From positions 49,824 through 113,823 of the forward strand of contig JAVRCJ020000025.1 in the NCBI GenBank assembly GCA_034530875.2: a stretch of DNA of 64,000 nt. The letters are read 5' to 3'. Shown in pieces: positions 1 to 8,792 of this stretch; position 1 is the first letter of the stretch, and each line of letters starts with the position of its first letter. The translations under genes were made by a program, and so were the position numbers. The DNA is from Nostoc sp. DedSLP01 (GTDB lineage: Bacteria > Cyanobacteriota > Cyanobacteriia > Cyanobacteriales > Nostocaceae). The notes beneath the pieces were generated by a model. That model was not told the origin of the DNA and did not search any database. It worked only from the letters and a program-made list of their open reading frames with translations.

Positions 1-143
1 CTATTGTAGCTCCTAGACCTAACGACAGGAGCAGTGTCGCTCAAAATCCTTCTGACAGTACCACAGATACTGATACAGATGCATCTGGAACGGACACGCC
101 ATCAACCAATTCCGGCACAGAACCAATTCGAGCTTTGTGGTAA
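1..143 (+). CDS. 3' end of a protein (partial, runs off the window) with a low-complexity S/T/D linker ending in EPIRALW*
   Basis: Open frame from position 3: IVAPRPNDRSSVAQNPSDSTTDTDTDASGTDTPSTNSGTEPIRALW, TAA at 141-143; not in the ORF track. Confidence 0.7.
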   Translation, partial: IVAPRPNDRSSVAQNPSDSTTDTDTDASGTDTPSTNSGTEPIRALW

Positions 144-235
144 AGGTTGCTAGTCTTTAGTTATTCCTTTATTAGTTATGATTTATTAGTCATGCACTAA
201 TGCTCAATAGCTAATGAGCAATGACTAAATGACTA

Positions 236-2269
236 ATGACTAGTGAAATTGTAATTATTGGTGGCGGCGTTATTGGTTTAGCGATCGCCATTGAACTTAA
301 ACTGCGCGGGACAAATGTCACCGTGCTTTGTCGTGATTTCCAGGCTGCTGCTACCCATGCTGCCGCCGGGATGTTAGCACCAGATGCCGAAAAAATCCCG
401 GATGGCGCAATGCGTTCCTTGTGTTGGCGATCGCGTGCTTTATACGCCGACTGGACGCGTAAACTAGAAGAATTAACAGGCTTAAATACTGGCTATTGGC
501 CTTGTGGTATCCTCACACCCGTTTTTGAAGAGGCAGGGGGGCAGGGGGCACGGGGCAAGGAGGAAAATGAAAAATTACCTCTTTCCCCTCTGCTGCCTGC
601 TCCCTGCTCCCCATCCCCCTCATCCCCTGCTTACTGGTTAGACAAACAAGCAATCCATCAATATCAGCCAGGATTGGGAGCAGAAGTAGTTGGTGGCTGG
701 TGGTATCCGGAAGATGCACAAGTTGATAATAAGGCTTTAGCTCAAGTACTCTGGGCGGCGGCCGAGTCTATTGGTGTTGAACTCAAAGACGGCATTACAG
801 TAGAAGCATTTTTACAGCAACAGGGACAAGTTGTTGGCGTACAAACCAATGCTGGCGTAATTCGCGGCGCCCACTATGTTTTAGCTTCAGGTGCTTGGGC
901 AAGCCAGTTGTTACCATTACCAGTGCGTCCCCGAAAAGGGCAAATGTTGAGTGTGAAAGTACCGGAATTTGTACCGGAATTGCCTTTGCAGCGGATTTTA
1001 TTTGGCGAAAATATTTATATTGTACCGAGACGCGATCGCTCGATAATTATTGGGGCAACAAGCGAAGATGTTGGTTTTACACCCCATAACACCCCAGACG
1101 GCATTCAAACATTGCTACAAGCTGCCATCAGGGCGTATCCGCAATTAAAGGATTACCCCATCCAACAATTTTGGTGGGGATTTCGCCCAGCGACTCCCGA
1201 CGAATTACCCATTCTGGGCAGCAGCCATTGTCAAAATTTAACCCTTGCTACCGGTCATTACCGCAACGGAATTTTACTTGCGCCCGTAACAGCAGCATTG
1301 ATTGCTGATTTTATCTTGGAACAAAAATCTGACCCCCTACTTGCCGATTTCCATTACTCACGCTTCCATTCTCAGTCATCTACCCGCACGCCAATGCTCA
1401 CTCACTCTGCCAATTTTTCCAACGGACACCTTACCGCAGACGCGATGAATCTAGACGCGATGAATCGCGTCTCTACAAATTCGGGACTCACCATCGCAGG
1501 GAAAACTTTCCAATCCCGCTTAATGACGGGAACTGGGAAGTATCGCACCATCGAAGAAATGCAGCAAAGCATCGCGGCTAGTGAGTGCGAAATTGTTACC
1601 GTAGCCGTGCGACGAGTACAAACTAAGGCTGCTGGACACGAAGGTTTAGCAGAAGCCTTGGATTGGACAAAAATCTGGATGTTGCCTAATACCGCAGGTT
1701 GTCAAACTGCCGAAGAAGCGATTCGGGTTGCCCGTTTGGGGCGAGAAATGGCGAAATTGTTGGGACAGGAAGATAATAATTTCGTGAAGTTAGAAGTCAT
1801 ACCCGACCCTAAATATTTACTTCCAGACCCCATCGGCACGCTAGAAGCAGCAGAACAGCTAGTAAAAGAAGGTTTTGCAGTGTTGCCCTACATCAACGCT
1901 GACCCAATGTTAGCCAAGCGATTGGAAGATGTAGGCTGTGCGACGGTGATGCCTTTAGCATCGCCTATTGGTTCTGGACAAGGACTGAAAACTACCGCCA
2001 ATATCCAAATCATCATCGAAAATGCCCGCATACCAGTGGTAGTTGATGCTGGGATTGGTTCGCCCTCAGAAGCAGCCCAGGCAATGGAATTGGGAGCAGA
2101 CGCCTTGTTGATTAATAGTGCGATCGCCCTGGCTCAAAACCCCGCAGCAATGGCTCGGGCGATGAATTTGGCAACAGTCGCCGGCCGTCTAGCATACCTT
2201 GCTGGCAGAATGCCCATCAAAGACTACGCCAGCGCTAGTTCGCCGCTGACTGGGACGATTACTAGTTAG
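236..2269 (+). CDS. thiO-thiG: Fused glycine oxidase ThiO / thiazole synthase ThiG
   Basis: N-terminal GGGVIG FAD motif, [19 protein letters not shown] (ThiO); C-terminal [42 protein letters not shown] (ThiG). Confidence 0.95.
   Translation: MTSEIVIIGGGVIGLAIAIELKLRGTNVTVLCRDFQAAATHAAAGMLAPDAEKIPDGAMRSLCWRSRALYADWTRKLEELTGLNTGYWPCGILTPVFEEAGGQGARGKEENEKLPLSPLLPAPCSPSPSSPAYWLDKQAIHQYQPGLGAEVVGGWWYPEDAQVDNKALAQVLWAAAESIGVELKDGITVEAFLQQQGQVVGVQTNAGVIRGAHYVLASGAWASQLLPLPVRPRKGQMLSVKVPEFVPELPLQRILFGENIYIVPRRDRSIIIGATSEDVGFTPHNTPDGIQTLLQAAIRAYPQLKDYPIQQFWWGFRPATPDELPILGSSHCQNLTLATGHYRNGILLAPVTAALIADFILEQKSDPLLADFHYSRFHSQSSTRTPMLTHSANFSNGHLTADAMNLDAMNRVSTNSGLTIAGKTFQSRLMTGTGKYRTIEEMQQSIAASECEIVTVAVRRVQTKAAGHEGLAEALDWTKIWMLPNTAGCQTAEEAIRVARLGREMAKLLGQEDNNFVKLEVIPDPKYLLPDPIGTLEAAEQLVKEGFAVLPYINADPMLAKRLEDVGCATVMPLASPIGSGQGLKTTANIQIIIENARIPVVVDAGIGSPSEAAQAMELGADALLINSAIALAQNPAAMARAMNLATVAGRLAYLAGRMPIKDYASASSPLTGTITS
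1438..1477. repeat. REP/SDR-like palindromic element, partly duplicated, inserted in frame in the ThiO-ThiG linker
   Basis: AGACGCGATGAAT-CT-AGACGCGATGAATCGCGTCTCTACA; encodes [14 protein letters not shown]. Confidence 0.75.
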
Positions 2270-2277
2270 CAAATCAG

Positions 2278-2382
2278 GCATTGGGCAAAGGGCAAGGGGC
2301 AAAGGGCAAAGGAAATAACCCTACCTTTTCACTTTCCCCTTTCACCTTTCACATGCATCCCCTATTTTTACCCCTTTCCCCT
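2278..2382. repeat. STRR heptamer tracts, G-rich then C-rich (inverted pair)
   Basis: gggcaaa repeats followed by tttcccc/tttcacc repeats. Confidence 0.75.
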
Positions 2383-2468
2383 TTATGTAACGATTTGTCT
2401 AACAATTTCAGACCGTTACTACCAGTTATGTAACATTAAATGAAGAATAAAGACAAAGGAATTAATTC

Positions 2469-2639
2469 ATGCCCTATACAACCGAAGAAGGCGGTCGCCT
2501 GAATAATTTTGCTAAGGAACCAAAGGTTTATCAAGCAGAACCTCCTACTGAAGGGCAAAAGCGAAACTACATTTTCTTAGGAATCGCTGGTGCAGCTTTA
2601 GTTGGAGGCTTGATTGTAGTTGCCTTCTCTGTATCTTAA
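2469..2639 (+). CDS. psb34: Ssl1498/Psb34-family PSII assembly (light-harvesting-like) small membrane protein, 56 aa
   Basis: Translated by hand (below the ORF-track cutoff): MPYTTEEGGRLNNFAKEPKVYQAEPPTEGQKRNYIFLGIAGAALVGGLIVVAFSVS; NNFAxEPxVY motif plus one TM helix; AAAGGA RBS upstream. Confidence 0.85.
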   Translation: MPYTTEEGGRLNNFAKEPKVYQAEPPTEGQKRNYIFLGIAGAALVGGLIVVAFSVS

Positions 2640-2688
2640 AACGGTTGAGCGTAAAACATTTTAATAAAATTTGATTTTTCTAGTTTTT

Positions 2689-2726
2689 CAGGTTCCAATT
2701 TTAGAGGAGCCTGCTTTTTATTTTTT
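2689..2726 (+). terminator. Rho-independent terminator after psb34
   Basis: CAGGTTCC...GGAGCCTG hairpin followed by T-rich tract. Confidence 0.65.
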
Positions 2727-2874
2727 GTTAAAATTGAATAAGCAGGTAAGTATAATTGCGTATTTTCTTATTCTACTAAACTTTAAAGACTAAAGTTATA
2801 CATAATTAAATTTTTAGCTGACTTCGATATACCCACAAAGGTGATATATACTTTGTTTTGGCTCTCTAGCCGCT

Positions 2875-5073
2875 ATGAGCGTGAATGATATTGCACACAA
2901 CGATAATTTTAATTTGAATCGGCAAGTATACCAACGCTTAAAACTTGCCTTAAGTCTTGGTTTGCGGCGACAACTTTTTTTGGCAGTATGTGACGATTTA
3001 CACTTGAGAAACCAAGTAGCAGCGCGTTTGCATTCTACATTGGCTTATCCTGTGGGGCAAGTGCTATATCAACCAGCAAATGCTCAAGAAAATAGCACTC
3101 CCGCTTATCCACGATTAGTCACATTGCGTTTGAATTTAAACGATCCCAATCCGATAATTCAAGTTAATCAATGGTTAGCTAATTATCCACCGCCAATTGT
3201 TGGGGCATCAAAAGATAGTCCAGGAAGACCTTCTCCAATACCAGCATTTCAGATTGTAGGCGTAGAGCAGCTAACCAAGCAACCTGTAGCGACACAGCGG
3301 TTATTTTTACACAATCTGCGCTTAAGCGAACAATATTTCTCGACACCAGAATCCAGTCGATTTTTAGAATCTAACTTGGTGTTGTGGGTACCGCGTCCTT
3401 GGCTGTCTGCTATCCAACAATCAGCGCCACAGTTTTGGCGTTGTCGTACTGGTGTATTTGTGTTTGCTGGAGAACCAACACCAGCAACTAACAATTCAGG
3501 TTATCCAGAACGTTTTTCTAATTCTAGAAATTTGGATGTAGGGAATTCTATTTTAGATGAATCTGTTACCCAACCAGAACTCAAACCAACAACTGCTGAA
3601 TTAAAGTTTGAAAATAATTCCGAGTCACCAGCACATACACAAGAAAATAACACGCACAAAACCCAAGAAGTTGCGCTGCCGATCGCAGATTTTTTGAAGA
3701 CGGAATCGCAACAGCAGGAATCTACTTTTCGATCTAGTAATGGAAACGTTTCGCTGTCTTCTTTAGTTCATGTTAGCAGTGAATTAACAGAATTAGTATT
3801 AGCAACAATCGACACCAAGGCTACTCAAGATACAGAGGATGACTGGCAACCGCAGCAGATTTTATTGGAGATTGAAGAATTACATTCACAACAAGTTTCT
3901 GAGGATGTGTTGGCAGAAGCTTATCATCGCTTGGGTAATTTATACCGCCTTCGGATTGAGCAAGGAGAGTCAACTTTAGAAAATTTGATGGTGGCAATTA
4001 TTGCCTATCAAGAGGCAATTAGCTATGACGAAGCTTCACCGCAACTCCCAGATATTTTGAATGATTTGGGTACGCTTTATTGGATGTTATCTCGTACACC
4101 ACCAAATTCTCTAGAGGGACAAACCTATATAGAACAAGCAATAGAATTTTATCAGTTGGCATTAAATATAATTTCACCACAGACTCATCCAGAAACTTAC
4201 GCGCGGGTGCAAAATAATTTAGGGACAGGCTATGGCGATTTAGCTCGTTTTTCTCAACCTGCTGAAAATTGGCAACAAGCAGTCTTAGCTTACTGCGAAG
4301 CCCTCAAATATCGTACAGCCGATATGGATTTTTTAAAGTATGCTGCTTGCCAAAATAATTTGGGTACTGCTTATTGGCATTTAGCGCAATATAATCAACC
4401 AATTGTGCATTTAAAGAAAGCGATCGCAGCTTACAAACAAGCACTCGTACACTACAATTCCCAAGAGGAACCCCTCAAGTATGGGATGATTCAAAACAAC
4501 ATCGGTACTGCCTATTGGAATCTCGCACAATACGAACAATCTGCTGAAAATTTACAACTAGCTATTAATGTTTATAACGAAGCTCTGAAATATCGTACCC
4601 CTGCTAATGTTCCTAATGCTTGCGCCGCCACACAAAATAATTTGGGTACTGCCTATTGGCATTTAGCAAATTTATCTCAAAGCACTAAAGACACGCGACA
4701 AAAATATCTTCAATTATGCATTAATGCTTACGAAGAAGCTATAGCTTTGGCTCATGCACTCAATGGCTATCCTTTAAGTTTTGATTTGCTCGCTTCGCAT
4801 AATAACTTAGGACTAGCACATTATCAGCTAGTAATAGATAAGTCTTTTAATGGGGATAAAGCAACACGTTCTCAACATTTAGAACTTGCATTAGAACATC
4901 ATTTACAAGCTCTAAATGGATTGAGTAAGCAACCAGAAGCTTATCAAACGACCTTTGCTTATGTGGTGAAAACTATTCGTGCTTTTCATAATGAATTAGG
5001 CATACAGGGGCAAAATCTGGCTTTATCAAAAGTTCCGAGCCAATTGTTGCCAGAAATTTTGTCAAAGCTATAG
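2875..5073 (+). CDS. Tetratricopeptide repeat protein with an uncharacterised N-terminal domain
   Basis: Many QNNLGTAYW..LA / AI.AY..AL TPR units in the C-terminal half; N-terminal LFLAVCDD...APQFWRCRTGVFVF segment. Confidence 0.85.
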   Translation: MSVNDIAHNDNFNLNRQVYQRLKLALSLGLRRQLFLAVCDDLHLRNQVAARLHSTLAYPVGQVLYQPANAQENSTPAYPRLVTLRLNLNDPNPIIQVNQWLANYPPPIVGASKDSPGRPSPIPAFQIVGVEQLTKQPVATQRLFLHNLRLSEQYFSTPESSRFLESNLVLWVPRPWLSAIQQSAPQFWRCRTGVFVFAGEPTPATNNSGYPERFSNSRNLDVGNSILDESVTQPELKPTTAELKFENNSESPAHTQENNTHKTQEVALPIADFLKTESQQQESTFRSSNGNVSLSSLVHVSSELTELVLATIDTKATQDTEDDWQPQQILLEIEELHSQQVSEDVLAEAYHRLGNLYRLRIEQGESTLENLMVAIIAYQEAISYDEASPQLPDILNDLGTLYWMLSRTPPNSLEGQTYIEQAIEFYQLALNIISPQTHPETYARVQNNLGTGYGDLARFSQPAENWQQAVLAYCEALKYRTADMDFLKYAACQNNLGTAYWHLAQYNQPIVHLKKAIAAYKQALVHYNSQEEPLKYGMIQNNIGTAYWNLAQYEQSAENLQLAINVYNEALKYRTPANVPNACAATQNNLGTAYWHLANLSQSTKDTRQKYLQLCINAYEEAIALAHALNGYPLSFDLLASHNNLGLAHYQLVIDKSFNGDKATRSQHLELALEHHLQALNGLSKQPEAYQTTFAYVVKTIRAFHNELGIQGQNLALSKVPSQLLPEILSKL

Positions 5074-5266
5074 TGTAGCCTCAGGAAAATATGGCTATAC
5101 TTACTCGCAAGTGTCAAAAATGCTGAAAGGGTTGGGCATTAAGTTCATTAGTGCAAATTTACAGCAAAACCGTCCCTCTCCGAATCTGAGAGGGACATAC
5201 TTGAACTTTTATTCAATGTAGGGAGAGGTCTATATATCGCCTTTTTTATCAGACAAAAGTTTTTCC

Positions 5267-5599
5267 TTATGTTGTGAACTCATTAATACCAACAAGACGA
5301 GTCATGTCTCCTTGTGTAATAAAATGGTACGAGCCATTAGGATCTACACTTGCCAGTACTGGAATATAACCGCTTCTTGAAGAATTATAATCAACAAAAT
5401 TTCCCTTGTAATTATTGCTCTCACCAGGCTGTAGAACTTGCCTTTGACGTTCTATATTACTAGCAAAAGGGTAAAAAGTTTGTGTCCTGTCTGTCTCATT
5501 TTTAAGAGAAAATCCACCGAAAATTTCCGATGCTTCATCACAACTTAAGTCACCCAACAAATCTTGATTAAAACTATTTGAAAAAACTGATTTTAACAT
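5267..5599 (-). CDS. Small hypothetical protein with a double-glycine-type leader (probable ABC/C39-exported protein), 110 aa from ATG at 5599
   Basis: N-terminus MLKSVFSNSFNQDLLGDLSCDEASEIFGG followed by a beta-rich-looking mature region. Confidence 0.6.
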   Translation of the reverse strand: MLKSVFSNSFNQDLLGDLSCDEASEIFGGFSLKNETDRTQTFYPFASNIERQRQVLQPGESNNYKGNFVDYNSSRSGYIPVLASVDPNGSYHFITQGDMTRLVGINEFTT

Positions 5600-5650
5600 A
5601 AAGCCTCGCAAAGATAGCTTACATTCATAGTTTTTACAAAAGAAAAATTG

Positions 5651-5692
5651 TTTTAATCAGCCCATAGTTATATTTTAATCAGCCCATAGTTA
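5651..5692. promoter_or_regulatory. Perfect 20-bp direct repeat with 22-bp period, upstream of the double-Gly ORF
   Basis: TTTTAATCAGCCCATAGTTA at 5651-5670 and 5673-5692. Confidence 0.5.
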
Positions 5693-5938
5693 GATTCATT
5701 AATTAGCCTACTGGTGGTTGACCAGCCCAATATCTGGCTAACGTCGTATTCACTTGAGATAAGCGATGTGGAAGTTTTGTATATAGTCAAGATTGTCAAT
5801 TTATTTACCAAGTTAATGTTGAGGCGATCGCCATTCAATTGTGCAAACGAATGAAAATTTGACACCGCAAACTGCAACTGCGGGGAATTTCTGATAAAAC
5901 AGATGTTGAACTGAATCTCCTGGGGCAAAATAGAAAAC

Positions 5939-7291
5939 ATGGCGAATGAATCGAATTCTTCAAATCTACCAACCCCAGAATCTATCCCACAACATGACTT
6001 GCAGCCAGATGACTTTGATGGTAGTGCCACCGAGAATCACCTAAGCTCAGAAGCACTAGCGACACAACAAGCCCTAGCGACGATCGCATCTTTGCAATCT
6101 CTACAAAATACAACTGCTCTCAAACAAGCTCGTTCTGGCTTCAACCAAACCTTTACCAAGCAATTCACAGCCAAGCCGAGAGCATTGTTGCTAGTCTTTG
6201 CTGCGATCGCCGTTACCTTTACGGGTATTATTCTCAATAACTGGATCGTTGGCGTTGTGGGAACGCTAGTAACTTTACTGTTATCCCTGGCAATATTATT
6301 ACCTTGGTTCCTAGAAGTTATTGACGAGTGGTTTTCACCCATAGAAAGGACGCTGTTCGTTGGTTTTTTGGGATTAATAACAGCCATCATCGGCTCGATC
6401 AGGTTTACAGGTATAGGCTCGCGCTTGCTGCTTTTAGGACGCCACATTAACTGGGACATTGCTGGTAGCCTAGCCGAATGGTTTGGAGCTTTAGGACAAA
6501 TTCTCATCGCCATCATCGCTGTTTATGTAGCTTGGCGACAATATGTGATTTCCAAAGACTTGACAATTCAGCAAAATCTGCTGACAGTTCAGCAAAATAT
6601 TATTACCCAACAGCAAACGATTGACTCTTATTTTCAAGGCGTTTCCGACTTAGTATTAGATGAAGAAGGATTATTAGAAGATTGGCCTCAAGAAAGAGCG
6701 ATCGCTGAAGGACGGACTGCGGCAATTTTAAGTAGCGTCGATGGCAGTGGTAAAGCCAAAATTCTCCGCTTTCTCTCGCGTTCCAAGTTGCTCTCACCTC
6801 TAAAACGCGATAGTCGATTAGGTAGAGCCATTCTCGATGGTATAGGTGGTTACGCTGAAGACCGCCTCGATGGTGTGCGCGTCATCGATTTAGGCGTAAT
6901 GCTTGCAGCAGCAGACCTTTCTGGTACCGATTTACGTTGGACTGACCTCAGCGAAGCTAATCTCGTCCGCGCCAATTTGGTCGGCTGTGACTTAGTAAAA
7001 GCTAACCTCTCCCGCACAATTTTATATGATGCCAATCTCACTGGTGCTGACTTGAACGGAGTTCGTCTATTCTACGGTGTAGCGGAGAAAGCATCACCCC
7101 GCAGTCGCACCGAACCACCAGATTATCAAACAGGCGAACAAACTGGTGCTGTGGTGGAAAAAGCCGATTTCACTAACGTGCAACGCATGTCTGAATCTGC
7201 ACGTTATTACTGTTGTGCTTGGGGTGGCGAAAAAACTAGAAATACTATTCCTGGTGGTTGTGAAGGTATTCCAAATAAATTAGGACAATAG
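5939..7291 (+). CDS. Membrane-anchored pentapeptide repeat protein
   Basis: Several TM helices, then ADLSG/TDLRW/ANLVR/ANLTG pentapeptide repeats. Confidence 0.85.
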   Translation: MANESNSSNLPTPESIPQHDLQPDDFDGSATENHLSSEALATQQALATIASLQSLQNTTALKQARSGFNQTFTKQFTAKPRALLLVFAAIAVTFTGIILNNWIVGVVGTLVTLLLSLAILLPWFLEVIDEWFSPIERTLFVGFLGLITAIIGSIRFTGIGSRLLLLGRHINWDIAGSLAEWFGALGQILIAIIAVYVAWRQYVISKDLTIQQNLLTVQQNIITQQQTIDSYFQGVSDLVLDEEGLLEDWPQERAIAEGRTAAILSSVDGSGKAKILRFLSRSKLLSPLKRDSRLGRAILDGIGGYAEDRLDGVRVIDLGVMLAAADLSGTDLRWTDLSEANLVRANLVGCDLVKANLSRTILYDANLTGADLNGVRLFYGVAEKASPRSRTEPPDYQTGEQTGAVVEKADFTNVQRMSESARYYCCAWGGEKTRNTIPGGCEGIPNKLGQ

Positions 7292-7375
7292 TTATCAGCC
7301 AAAATACTTAAACAATGAGGATAACAATAGCTTCGCTTACCGGATTTATGAAAGCCATTGCGATCGAGAAATTTT

Positions 7376-7753
7376 TTATCCTATTTGATTTGCTTCTAAC
7401 CAGTTAAGTAAATCTTCAATAGCTGTAAAATCTAGTAAAGCTTCAGCCAGTGCTTCTAACTGTTCTAACGAAAGAGTTTGAATGCGCTTGTGAACCTCTT
7501 GTGGTAACTCTCCTACCCGTTTTTGCAGTTGTCGCAGGACGAGTGTTTGCCCTTGTTGTTGTTTTCCTCGCTCGTAGCCAATGCGCTCCCCTGTAGTAAT
7601 GTAGCTCATAGTCTGCTACTGCTCGAATTGTTTAAACTCTTACCAAAATTCTGCTTCCAAGGCTTTTGGTAAAATCATAACCCAATCAATAAATCGATAC
7701 AGGTTACGAATATCTGTTTCTGGCAAGCCTAATTCATACAAACGCCGAATCAA
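7376..7753 (-). pseudogene. 5'-truncated Rpn/DUF4351-family pseudogene
   Basis: The frame upstream of the 77-aa ORF reads LIRRLYELGLPETDIRNLYRFIDWVMILPKALEAEFW*EFKQFEQ*QTMSYITTGERIG, with stops at 7640-7642 and 7616-7618; C-terminal LSLEQLEALAEALLDF...LLNWL is DUF4351-like. Confidence 0.85.
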
Positions 7754-7996
7754 GCACAATCGAGTCTAAAACGGTACTTCGTCCCGCTAGGAAGACAGCC
7801 TTTTAAGGCGAAAAGTTTTTGGAACGAGGTATAAATCCTCGCTACAAAAACGGCCTCCTGCCTTCGTTAACAGTTAAAGAACTAGAGATATGAAAAAATG
7901 CAGCGAGATAAGGAAATGAGGAGGCTGGGAAGAATAATAACTTTGAGCGTCAACACTCAGCACTCCCAATATCCAATGTCGGCTTCTATTGGATTG

Positions 7997-8782
7997 TCAT
8001 ACACTCCAGTAATTCTCGCCTTCGGGTAGGGTAAGAATTTCAACACCATCTTCTGTCACAGCTATAGTATGCTCAAATTGGGCAGAAAGCTTGCGATCGC
8101 GAGTTACAGCAGTCCACTTATCGCCCAGAACTTCGACTTCGTAAGTTCCTTCGTTAATCATTGGCTCGATAGTAAAAACCATCCCTGGTCTGAGACGCTT
8201 GCCTTTACCCCGGGTGCCATAGTGGGGAATATCCGGCGCAGTATGAAAAATGTTACTTATCCCGTGTCCCACAAAATCCCGCACTACAGAGAACCCTTGT
8301 GCTTCGGCATACTCTTGAATGGCTGCACCAATATCGCCAATGCGTGCCCCTGGTTTAACTTCAGCAATGCCCAAGCGCAAACACTCCTCTGTCACCTCCA
8401 CCAACTTTTTCGCTTTTGGTGATGGAGTACCGACAAAAAATGTCTTCGATGTATCGCCGTGGTAACCTTCAACAATCGGTGTCACATCAATATTAATAAT
8501 GTCACCATCCTTAAGGATTTGCTTGGCATTAGGAATGCCGTGACAGATGACCTCATTTACACTAGTGCAAATCGATTTGGGATAACCTTTATAACCAAGA
8601 GGTGCGCTTTTTGCTCCATGTGCTTGCGTCCAACGTTCAGCTTCATCATTAAGTTCCAGAGTGCTAACCCCTGGCTTCACCATCGGTTCGAGATGCTTTA
8701 GAAGCTTGGCTGCTAAGCGTCCAGCTTGACGCATTTTGTCTAATTCTCGTTGGGATAAAATAACAATTAGTTCGGTTTTCAT
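7997..8782 (-). CDS. map: Type I methionine aminopeptidase
   Basis: CTSVNEVICHGIP, DIINIDVT, YHGDTS, GHGI..IFH, FTIEPMIN, SAQFEHT. Confidence 0.97.
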   Translation of the reverse strand: MKTELIVILSQRELDKMRQAGRLAAKLLKHLEPMVKPGVSTLELNDEAERWTQAHGAKSAPLGYKGYPKSICTSVNEVICHGIPNAKQILKDGDIINIDVTPIVEGYHGDTSKTFFVGTPSPKAKKLVEVTEECLRLGIAEVKPGARIGDIGAAIQEYAEAQGFSVVRDFVGHGISNIFHTAPDIPHYGTRGKGKRLRPGMVFTIEPMINEGTYEVEVLGDKWTAVTRDRKLSAQFEHTIAVTEDGVEILTLPEGENYWSV

Positions 8783-8792
8783 CAATTTCGAT

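Noticed and set aside
144..235. TPP riboswitch upstream of thiO-thiG
   Set aside because: The spacer is short, made of tagt/aatgact STRR units, and has no CTGAGA-type core.
2385..2445. Possible RpaB HLR1 site upstream of psb34
   Set aside because: Only single GTTACA half-sites were found, with no properly spaced direct repeat.
5668..6030. 120-aa minus-strand ORF
   Set aside because: Overlaps the start and promoter of the pentapeptide gene; no motif; likely a shadow ORF.
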